A stretch of DNA of 20,000 nt, taken from IMG/VR virus record IMGVR_UViG_3300021964_000019, one strand, 5' to 3'. The notes under the pieces are model-generated. The model was not told the origin of the DNA. It did not search any database and saw nothing but the letters and a program-made list of their open reading frames with translations. The stretch is from an uncultured virus (IMG/VR IMGVR_UViG_3300021964_000019) (lineage: Duplodnaviria; Heunggongvirae; Uroviricota; Caudoviricetes). Positions 7,970 to 14,816 of this stretch are shown piece by piece (position 1 is the first letter of the stretch; each line of letters starts with the position of its first letter). Both the position numbers and the translations under genes were made by a program.

Positions 7970-7980
7970 AGGATTATAAA

Positions 7981-8172
7981 ATGACAAAGTATTCAGAAGC
8001 TAAGTCTTACTTTTTAGCAATGGAAAATCGAGGTGTAACTCAAGCAACAGATTTGTTTATAGAAGCAGAGTCAATCAGAGAAACATTAGGAGATATTGCA
8101 TACGCTAGATTTATTATTAATTGTTACGAAGATTTAATTAATATTCAATTACCACTAATTCAAAACTCATAG
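7981..8172 (+). CDS. Hypothetical protein
   Basis: 63-aa ORF directly after the promoter. Confidence 0.55.
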   Translation: MTKYSEAKSYFLAMENRGVTQATDLFIEAESIRETLGDIAYARFIINCYEDLINIQLPLIQNS

Positions 8173-8180
8173 GAAAATAA

Positions 8181-8465
8181 ATGGCAAAATCATCAGGATT
8201 TGGAGTATTTAAAGGTTATTATTCACTTGATGCTATTCTAACTAATGTATATTATTTAGCTAAATGGAACCCAAAAGAAGCACTAAACTGGTTAGAAGAA
8301 GCTCGGTATGAAGTAGTAAATGAAATGCAAGCAAATAGATATAACAAAGTAGTTGACCAAATTAATACATTTCTTGACTCAGTAGAAAAGAAAGTGTATT
8401 ATGATAAGAAAGTACTGTGGGGAGCACACGCTCCAGACCGTGCAGTTTATATTGTTCATATCTAA
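8181..8465 (+). CDS. Hypothetical protein
   Basis: 94-aa ORF with SD AGGA. Confidence 0.65.
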   Translation: MAKSSGFGVFKGYYSLDAILTNVYYLAKWNPKEALNWLEEARYEVVNEMQANRYNKVVDQINTFLDSVEKKVYYDKKVLWGAHAPDRAVYIVHI

Positions 8466-8480
8466 TAACAAGGAGAAAAA

Positions 8481-8843
8481 ATGTTAAACCCATATGAGTT
8501 TGCTTTGAGAAGAGTTAATAAGATTGTTAACTATAAAGCAACAGAAGAAGAAAAATTAGAAGCCGTTGTTAATTCTATTAGTATCTTGTTAACTAAACTT
8601 CAAGATAAAAAATGGTTTTATACCCATCCTGCACAGAATAATAAATTTTATTCTACCTTTAGTGATGAAAAACTATCTAATGTTTTTAATTTTAAAAATC
8701 CGTGGCATCAGTTTTTCCTAAATGTAATATTTGCTAACTCGATTGTAGAAGTTAAAAAAGAAATTTATTTTCTTGAAAATAGCCCAGGTTATAGAGATTG
8801 GATTGTTGAAAATGTCAGAAAACCAAAGAGAGTCTTATCATAA
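8481..8843 (+). CDS. Hypothetical protein
   Basis: 120-aa ORF with strong SD AAGGAG. Confidence 0.7.
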   Translation: MLNPYEFALRRVNKIVNYKATEEEKLEAVVNSISILLTKLQDKKWFYTHPAQNNKFYSTFSDEKLSNVFNFKNPWHQFFLNVIFANSIVEVKKEIYFLENSPGYRDWIVENVRKPKRVLS

Positions 8844-9045
8844 TTATATGCAAAGAAGATTAAGAGAAGAATCAGCAGAAATTGAAGCTCAAAAACTAGA
8901 TAAGAAACATAAATTAGACTATGAGAATCCTTATCTACGAGCAAAAATTGGAGAATTAGAGTCTCAAATTGAGGCTCTAAAACTAGACAATGCTGAATTA
9001 ACTAAGTCTTATTATGAACTTTTAAAGAGAATTGATAATGCCTGA
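8812..9045 (+). CDS. Hypothetical coiled-coil protein
   Basis: Probable start ATG 8812 (MSENQRESY); heptad LRAKIGELESQIEALKLDNAEL. Confidence 0.6.
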   Translation: MSENQRESYHNYMQRRLREESAEIEAQKLDKKHKLDYENPYLRAKIGELESQIEALKLDNAELTKSYYELLKRIDNA

Positions 9046-9898
9046 AGGACCAGAATGTACTATTGTAGCAAAACAACTACACTCTTTTTGTGCCAATAAA
9101 GAACTTACTAATATTGAACTGCTTACAGGAAGATATACTAAAAAAGCGCCAGATGGTTATAATGCTTTTTTAGATATACTACCACAAACGGTAGCTGGAG
9201 TAAATAATAAAGGCAAGTTCATTTATTTGATGACAGATCATAGTGATACAATCTTTATTACTCTTGGAATGTCAGGCACTTTTAAGACAGAAGATAATAA
9301 GTATGCTCGTGTAAAATTTTGCTTCAGTGATGGATCAGAAATTTTCTATTCAGATATGAGAAATTTTGGAACATTAAAGTTTTTCACTCGTGATAATGCA
9401 GAGTTAGCTTTGCAGAAAAAACTTTCTGAAATAGGCCCAGATATGCTAAATGATCCATGCCAATCTTCAGAATGGTTAGAAATTTCTCGTAGACGGAATA
9501 AAAATTCTATGGTAAAATTCTTAATGAATCAGAAAAATATTTCTGGTGTTGGAAATATCTATAAAAGCGAAGCACTGTTTTTAGCAGGAATAGATCCAAG
9601 AAGAACTATTGAATCTTGTTCAGACGATGAACTAATGAAACTGTATGAAGCAGTGAAAAAAGTACTAAAAAGTAGTTATGAATCAGGAGGATCTACTATA
9701 CGAAATTATAGTGATCTGTATAATAATCACGGTAAGTATACCAGATTTCCTTCTAACCCCAAAGAAATGTTAGAAGCAAGATGGGATAATAGGGTTATGA
9801 TCTACGGTCGTAAGACAGATATATACGGTAACCCTGTTGCTAAAATAAAACTTGATGACGGTAGAACTACTTATTACTCCCCTGAAGTACAGAAATGA
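9038..9898 (+). CDS. mutM: Fpg/Nei family DNA glycosylase/AP lyase (zincless-finger type)
   Basis: N-terminal MPEGPE from ATG 9038, KGK, LGMSG, DMRNFG, H2TH motif NQKNISGVGNIYKSEALF, and C-terminal GRTTYYSPEVQK without Cys. Confidence 0.9.
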   Translation: MPEGPECTIVAKQLHSFCANKELTNIELLTGRYTKKAPDGYNAFLDILPQTVAGVNNKGKFIYLMTDHSDTIFITLGMSGTFKTEDNKYARVKFCFSDGSEIFYSDMRNFGTLKFFTRDNAELALQKKLSEIGPDMLNDPCQSSEWLEISRRRNKNSMVKFLMNQKNISGVGNIYKSEALFLAGIDPRRTIESCSDDELMKLYEAVKKVLKSSYESGGSTIRNYSDLYNNHGKYTRFPSNPKEMLEARWDNRVMIYGRKTDIYGNPVAKIKLDDGRTTYYSPEVQK

Positions 9899-10347
9899 AC
9901 TATGATGATTTAAAAAAGAAGATTGTTGAAATATTAGAAGATTTACCAGCAGATTTGTATGATGATGATAGTGGGGTATTATTTCAAGCAGATACTTGGG
10001 AACTAGTTAATAATAGAGACTTATCTATTTATGAAGAAGAAGACCAAGAAGAGTTAGAAATAGAAGAAGATGATTATGATCTTAAGTATATCGGTTCAGC
10101 AAACTTAATTGTAGCAAATACAGTATTGAAAAAAGCACTACAAGGATCATTAGAACCTTTAGCAGAGCTTAAGCGCGTTTCTTCTAATAATACTGTTTAT
10201 CACACAAAAGAATCTGTAGAAGACTTATTTGAATTGATAATGCAAGATTTAGAAGAAGAAAGAATCATTAGAAGAAAACCAGAAATAGTAAGACAAGGAT
10301 TTAAAGTAGTAGGGGGAACCGATGTCAGAATCAATAGTACAAATTGA
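9895..10347 (+). CDS. Hypothetical acidic protein
   Basis: 150-aa ORF coupled (ATGA overlap) to the glycosylase gene. Confidence 0.65.
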   Translation: MNYDDLKKKIVEILEDLPADLYDDDSGVLFQADTWELVNNRDLSIYEEEDQEELEIEEDDYDLKYIGSANLIVANTVLKKALQGSLEPLAELKRVSSNNTVYHTKESVEDLFELIMQDLEEERIIRRKPEIVRQGFKVVGGTDVRINSTN

Positions 10348-10570
10348 TAAAGAAGAAGTAAAAGCAGCTATCAACTCTATTGTTGATGTAATGTACGAAA
10401 TCGAAGCAGCAAGAGAAACAGTCAATGAGATTGTTAAAAAACTCAAAGCTGATTATGGATTGGCTCCGTCTGTTGTAAGAGCAGCAGCTTCAGCAATTCA
10501 TAAAAGAAATAAAGAAGAACTTGAAGAAAAAAATCAAGCGGTATTAGAATTAGTTCATTTATTTGACTAA
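10322..10570 (+). CDS. T4 DsbA-like dsDNA-binding protein (GapR-like fold)
   Basis: Pattern EIVKKLKADYGLAPSVVRAAASAIHKRNKEELEEKNQAVLELV resembles T4 DsbA (..KDELGVDGKMFNRLLALYHKDNRD..E....ELY). Confidence 0.6.
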   Translation: MSESIVQIDKEEVKAAINSIVDVMYEIEAARETVNEIVKKLKADYGLAPSVVRAAASAIHKRNKEELEEKNQAVLELVHLFD

Positions 10571-10579
10571 TTCATTCTC

Positions 10580-10695
10580 GGCATAACCCATGCCTCAAAA
10601 GCGGTGGCGCTGTGGATAGACACAGGGTATTGCTTTCCTCAAGCAAATCTATAAACTAAGTTAGGCACTGTGACAATTTGTCGCAGAGCCTTTTT
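10580..10695 (+). ncRNA. Candidate structured RNA/leader: three hairpins plus a terminator-like hairpin
   Basis: GGCAT-AACCC-ATGCC; CTGTG-GATAGA-CACAG; TTGCTT-TCCTC-AAGCAA; GGCACTGTGAC-AATTT-GTCGCAGAGCC-TTTTT. GC-rich relative to its flanks. Confidence 0.5.
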
Positions 10696-10725
10696 GCGTG
10701 TGTGCATTTTATTTGTGAGGCAAAA

Positions 10726-10878
10726 ATGAAAAAATTATTTGAAAGAATGTTTATTAGACCTAATTATGAAAACAGTATTGAGCGTTGGGCTCAAGTAGAA
10801 TATGGCAAAGACTGGGAGTGGGCGTATCAGTTTATGTTAAAACAAGGAAAACCGCCTATAAGAGGAGTTAATTTTTAA
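10726..10878 (+). CDS. Small hypothetical protein (50 aa)
   Basis: ATG 10726 with SD GAGG; MKKLFERMFIRPNYENSIERWAQVEYGKDWEWAYQFML... Confidence 0.65.
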   Translation: MKKLFERMFIRPNYENSIERWAQVEYGKDWEWAYQFMLKQGKPPIRGVNF

Positions 10879-11009
10879 TGAAAAATATTAAAAAATGGTG
10901 GAACAATCTTTGGATTGATCCTGCAACAAAATATCTAGCAAAAGCAACAGATCATGTAGATCTAGAAAATAGAATGAAAGAACTTCAGAGAAAAGGAATT
11001 TGGCTATGA
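10878..11009 (+). CDS. DUF3563-like small protein (43 aa)
   Basis: Hand translation MKNIKKWWNNLWIDPATKYLAKATDHVDLENRMKELQRKGIWL. YLA.A.D..DLE.RM..L is the DUF3563-like pattern. SD GAGGAG, TAATG coupling. Confidence 0.7.
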   Translation: MKNIKKWWNNLWIDPATKYLAKATDHVDLENRMKELQRKGIWL

Positions 11010-11176
11010 CAACAATTACAGCAACATATTGTGTATTTTGCGAAGCAGTAGTTTCGTTTGGAAATAAACTAATGAGTATTACAGAGAGTATCGGTCGTGC
11101 AAGAGCAGCAAGTGCATTAGCACAAATGGGATACTATGAAGAAGCAAAATACTTAATGTGTGGAGAAGAAAAATAA
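11006..11176 (+). CDS. Small hypothetical protein (56 aa)
   Basis: Hand translation MTTITATYCVFCEAVVSFGNKLMSITESIGRARAASALAQMGYYEEAKYLMCGEEK. SD AAGGA, ATGA coupling. Confidence 0.7.
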   Translation: MTTITATYCVFCEAVVSFGNKLMSITESIGRARAASALAQMGYYEEAKYLMCGEEK

Positions 11177-11226
11177 TGTGGCCATACACTGAAGAAGAAA
11201 ATGAACAATTATCGGGGCGTCTATAA
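11176..11226 (+). CDS. 16-aa micropeptide MWPYTEEENEQLSGRL
   Basis: TAATG coupling and SD GGAG at 11162-11165; the stop codon lies in the loop of the terminator hairpin. Confidence 0.45.
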   Translation: MWPYTEEENEQLSGRL

Positions 11227-11241
11227 AGGCGCCCTTTCTTT
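11215..11241 (+). terminator. Rho-independent terminator
   Basis: GGGCGTCT-ATAA-AGGCGCCC-TTTCTTT. Confidence 0.75.
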
Positions 11242-11251
11242 CATAAATTGC

Positions 11252-11280
11252 TTGCCAAAAAAACTAAATTAATATATAAT
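11252..11280 (+). promoter_or_regulatory. Sigma70-type promoter, probably giving a leaderless transcript
   Basis: TTGCCA-17 nt-TATAAT. ATG 11287 sits at the expected +1 position and has no SD. Confidence 0.7.
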
Positions 11281-11286
11281 TAAACT

Positions 11287-11967
11287 ATGTTAGAAAATTT
11301 AAATAAATACGACTATAAAACTACTATTAAAGCAGAAACTCTTGAAACAGGTAGAACTTATTTTACCCCAGACGGAGACTATGCTAGCATAACTACACTA
11401 TTAGGCAAAACAGCTGATAAAACCTGGTTACAGGCTTGGATAGATAAAGTAGGAGAAGAAGAGGCTCGTAGAGTATCAAAGGAAGCAACTGATCGTGGTA
11501 CTATTGTTCACGAGATAGCTGAACACTATTTTAATGGGGAAGATGTTACAGAGGAGCTTGCTAAACAAGAACTTGTAACAGCTCAGATGACCCGCAATCT
11601 CATAAAAGCTGTTTCAACTGGTATAGAAGAAATTTGGGGACAAGAAGCAGTTCTTTGGAGTAAGAAATTAAAATATGCAGGACGTTCTGATATGATAGGT
11701 ATTTGGAAAGGTAAACCTGCTATTATTGATTTTAAAACTTCGCGCCGCAAGAAATATGTGAAACAAATTAAAGACTATTTTTTACAAGGCACAGCATATG
11801 CTTTTGCTCATAATGAAATGTATGGAACAGATATTCGTCATTTAGCTATTGTGATTACAGTAGAAAATGGAGAACCCCAAATATTTGAAGCTAGTGCTGT
11901 TCATCACTTTTCTGATTTAAGAAGTCGAATACTACAATTTCATAAAATGCAAAAAAATAAAGGTTGA
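11287..11967 (+). CDS. PD-(D/E)XK exonuclease (T4-like phage exonuclease, Cas4/RecB-like)
   Basis: RTYFTPDG, SITTLL, W..KVGEEEA, ATDRGTIVH, YAGRSD, IIDFKTS and YFLQGTAYA motifs. Confidence 0.85.
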   Translation: MLENLNKYDYKTTIKAETLETGRTYFTPDGDYASITTLLGKTADKTWLQAWIDKVGEEEARRVSKEATDRGTIVHEIAEHYFNGEDVTEELAKQELVTAQMTRNLIKAVSTGIEEIWGQEAVLWSKKLKYAGRSDMIGIWKGKPAIIDFKTSRRKKYVKQIKDYFLQGTAYAFAHNEMYGTDIRHLAIVITVENGEPQIFEASAVHHFSDLRSRILQFHKMQKNKG

Positions 11968-11972
11968 CAAAA

Positions 11973-12173
11973 ATGTGGAAAAAAGGTAAAAATTATATAG
12001 ATAGAAAACTTGAAACTTATTTTATGAGTCGTCCGAATTTGACAGATGCAGATGCTCGATTAATTCGCAGTTTGATTTCTGATCAAATGAGATACGGCAA
12101 ACTTACTACAAATAAATGGAACTTAGTTAAAAAACTATACGATCAATATCAAGAAAAAGGAAGATATGGATGA
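11973..12173 (+). CDS. Hypothetical protein
   Basis: ORF with probable ATG at 11973 after AAGG; its stop overlaps the iscA start (ATGA). Confidence 0.55.
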   Translation: MWKKGKNYIDRKLETYFMSRPNLTDADARLIRSLISDQMRYGKLTTNKWNLVKKLYDQYQEKGRYG

Positions 12174-12517
12174 GTGTAGTAGAACACTTGCAAAAACATA
12201 AAATTTTATCTATCATTAACGTCTCTGAAAGTGCTAAAAATTACTTATCAGAGATGATTAGTATGCACAATAAAAAATATGTTTACCTTTCTGTAACAGG
12301 AGGTGGTTGCTCTGGGTTTCAATATAAATGGGATTTTACAGAAGATACTACGCTAGGATCAGTTATTGAAGATGTTTTAGTCTTAGATTCTATGGCTGAA
12401 ATGTTTGTAGCAGGATGTACTATTGATTATGTAAAAGAGCTAGGAGGCTCTTACTTAAAAGTAGTAAATCCAAATGCAACAGCACAGTGTGGATGTGGAG
12501 AAAGCTTTGCAGTATGA
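12170..12517 (+). CDS. iscA: A-type Fe-S cluster carrier (IscA/ErpA/HesB family)
   Basis: GGGCSGFQY, IDY and NPNATAQCGCGESF motifs. Confidence 0.93.
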   Translation: MSVVEHLQKHKILSIINVSESAKNYLSEMISMHNKKYVYLSVTGGGCSGFQYKWDFTEDTTLGSVIEDVLVLDSMAEMFVAGCTIDYVKELGGSYLKVVNPNATAQCGCGESFAV

Positions 12518-13335
12518 GCACTACAAAATTAGATATTTCACAAATAGATGTTAGTAGTTTTGTAGCTGCACAAGACGGTTATAAAGCTGTTTATGTACAG
12601 GCTAATAATAAAATTGAATTTATTTCTCCAACTGATTCTATATTTGACTATGTAGATACAGGAATTAGGTATAACACACTTACAACTAGTGCAGCTTCGA
12701 TAGACGAAGGTCAGTCAGTTACTTTTACTGTTAATACAGCTAATTCAGTAAATGGCACCACAGTAGGTTATAGTGTAACTGGGATTGACTCTGCAGATTT
12801 AAGCGCGGGAAGCATTTCAGGATCGATTACATTAACTTCTGATCAAGGACAGGTTACATTTACTCTTGCATCAGATGCCGCCACTGAGGGACCAGAAACT
12901 CTAACTCTTACTTTAGATACTTATGATAGTGTAGGAGCATTAACAGGCGGATTGAGTAATAGTGTATCTATTGCAGATACTTCTACTTCTACTACATTCA
13001 GCCCTGATTATACTCTATCTGTTACAAACGACTTTGCTAGCGCATATAATTTTTCAGGCAGTGATAGAAATGGCACAGTTAATTCATCAACTAGTAATCC
13101 AACATTAACATTTTATGCTGGAGACAAAGTTAGATTTGCAGTTAACGCATCAGGACACCCTTTCTATGTAAAAACGGTTAATAGTACAGGAACTGGAAAT
13201 CAAGCAACAGGCACTAATGGAACTAACGGACAAGAAGTTGGCAACGTAGATTGGACTGTACCCTCAACAGGAACTTATTACTATAACTGTCAATACCACA
13301 GCAGCATGGCAGGAACAATATCTGTCCCAGCTTAA
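12514..13335 (+). CDS. Putative virion/fibre protein: N-module + Ig/Calx-beta-like domain + cupredoxin-like domain
   Basis: Start ATG 12514. SIDEGQSVTFTV...DAATEGPETLTLTL is Ig-like; the C-terminus has GHPFY...GTYYYNCQYHSSMAGTISV. Confidence 0.65.
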   Translation: MSTTKLDISQIDVSSFVAAQDGYKAVYVQANNKIEFISPTDSIFDYVDTGIRYNTLTTSAASIDEGQSVTFTVNTANSVNGTTVGYSVTGIDSADLSAGSISGSITLTSDQGQVTFTLASDAATEGPETLTLTLDTYDSVGALTGGLSNSVSIADTSTSTTFSPDYTLSVTNDFASAYNFSGSDRNGTVNSSTSNPTLTFYAGDKVRFAVNASGHPFYVKTVNSTGTGNQATGTNGTNGQEVGNVDWTVPSTGTYYYNCQYHSSMAGTISVPA

Positions 13336-13344
13336 AGGAGCTAG

Positions 13345-14451
13345 ATGACCAAAAAAATACCTCTTGCATATATTCAAGTTCCTGCCAACGTTCAAGATGG
13401 TTATAGAGTAGCACACACTGCTAACGGTTTTGAAGCAATTTCTTCAACTGATTCTATATTTAAAGCTCCTGTTCCTACTATGCAAGGAGAAACTTATGGT
13501 TATAAAATAGGAGGAACATATCGACCAACTTCTCCCTATTTACCGTCAGATGCTATTAAATTTTCTTTTGCAAATGAAGCTACGCAGACTAATATTGGAG
13601 ATACTCCATTACTAGGTCCTGAATCAAGAACCGCAGGTGCTTCAATAGGAGTATCAGGAACGGACTATGCTTATGAAATAGGTCATCCAATATATCCACA
13701 ACCTCAACCTTTTAATATTCGAGGAGCTTCTTGGTCTATTAGTTATGCTTCTGATACCTATGCTCTAGCTACTATTTGGACACAGTATACAGGATATAAT
13801 AAAGCAGGGTCCTCGTCTTCCGATACTGGTTATGTTTATGGAGGATACGGAGGACAAAACGACGTTCCAGTTTATACCACTCCGTATCCAGTAGGAAATT
13901 TAGATACTATTTCAAAATTTCCTTTTGCTTCTTCTACTACTCCGGCAACTGATGTAGGAGAATTAGCTAATGCAGGTTACTATGCTGCTACAGGAACGCC
14001 TACGGAAGCATTTTTATTTAATGCTCTTACTCCTATAGGACCTCCAGCTACAGCTGTGATAAAATTTTCTTACGCTACAGAAACAACCCAAACATCTTCT
14101 TTTGTTTCGTACCCTCAGACAGATCGTGGAACTTCTGTATCCTCAGCATTAGCAGGATACTATGCGGGAGGATCTCCTTTTCCTGCAGCTACTAATACTA
14201 TACATAAATTTTTATTTTCTAACGATTCAAACGGCTCTGATGTAGGAGAGCTAGTTCAAGGAGTATACTACAATGCTCCTTCTAGTTCTACTAGTAGCGG
14301 TTACTCATTAGGAGGATCATATTCACCTGCTGTTAATACTAATTCAGTAAACTCAATTCAAAGTTTTCCTTTTAGTGCTGATGCTCCAGCAACAGATGTA
14401 GGAGAAATTGGAGCTCGAATTTTTAATGTAGCAACAGGTGCTCAAGTTTAA
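13345..14451 (+). CDS. Putative virion protein with Kelch-like beta-propeller repeats
   Basis: Repeats GY..GG...KFPFAS...ATDVGEL, KFLFSNDSNGSDVGEL and SFPFSADAPATDVGEI; SD AAGGAG. Confidence 0.65.
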   Translation: MTKKIPLAYIQVPANVQDGYRVAHTANGFEAISSTDSIFKAPVPTMQGETYGYKIGGTYRPTSPYLPSDAIKFSFANEATQTNIGDTPLLGPESRTAGASIGVSGTDYAYEIGHPIYPQPQPFNIRGASWSISYASDTYALATIWTQYTGYNKAGSSSSDTGYVYGGYGGQNDVPVYTTPYPVGNLDTISKFPFASSTTPATDVGELANAGYYAATGTPTEAFLFNALTPIGPPATAVIKFSYATETTQTSSFVSYPQTDRGTSVSSALAGYYAGGSPFPAATNTIHKFLFSNDSNGSDVGELVQGVYYNAPSSSTSSGYSLGGSYSPAVNTNSVNSIQSFPFSADAPATDVGEIGARIFNVATGAQV

Positions 14452-14468
14452 CAACAAAGGATAGAAAA

Positions 14469-14816
14469 ATGGCAAAATATGAAAGAACCCCTTCAGGCAA
14501 GATTAAGTATGCAGGTCGTACTTTTGCTGGTTTTAACAAACCACGTAGAAGTGATCGAACAGGCAAAAAAGGAATGGTGCTTGCTAAAGAAGGCGAGAAA
14601 ATTAAACTAATCCATTTCGGTGACTCTTCAATGGGTCATAACTATTCACCAGAAGCAAGACGCTCTTTTAAAGCTCGTCATGCACGTAATATTGCAAAAG
14701 GCAAAATGAGTGCAGCTTATTGGGCAGATAAGGTATATTGGGCAGGACCAAGTGGTTCAAAAAAATCACCTCCAAAGTCTCAAAAATATACTAGAGGCAT
14801 TAATAGGAGAAAATAA
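14469..14816 (+). CDS. Highly basic conserved phage protein (HFG...RRSFKARH...YW type)
   Basis: KKGMVLAKEGEKIKLIHFGD...RRSFKARH...SAAYWA, a pattern familiar from large-virus hypothetical proteins; function unknown. Confidence 0.6.
   Translation: MAKYERTPSGKIKYAGRTFAGFNKPRRSDRTGKKGMVLAKEGEKIKLIHFGDSSMGHNYSPEARRSFKARHARNIAKGKMSAAYWADKVYWAGPSGSKKSPPKSQKYTRGINRRK

Noticed and set aside
10610..10665. HDV-like/theta ribozyme suggested by the TTCCTC loop
   Set aside because: I could not build P1, the P1.1 GG and the J4/2 catalytic C in the required order.
11287..11967. Cas4 of a CRISPR system
   Set aside because: It lacks the Fe-S cysteines and has no array or other cas genes nearby. It fits a phage PD-(D/E)XK exonuclease.
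11964..11992. Promoter at TTGACA 11964
   Set aside because: The hexamer at 17-nt spacing is TAAAAA, a poor -10, and the site lies at a coding junction.
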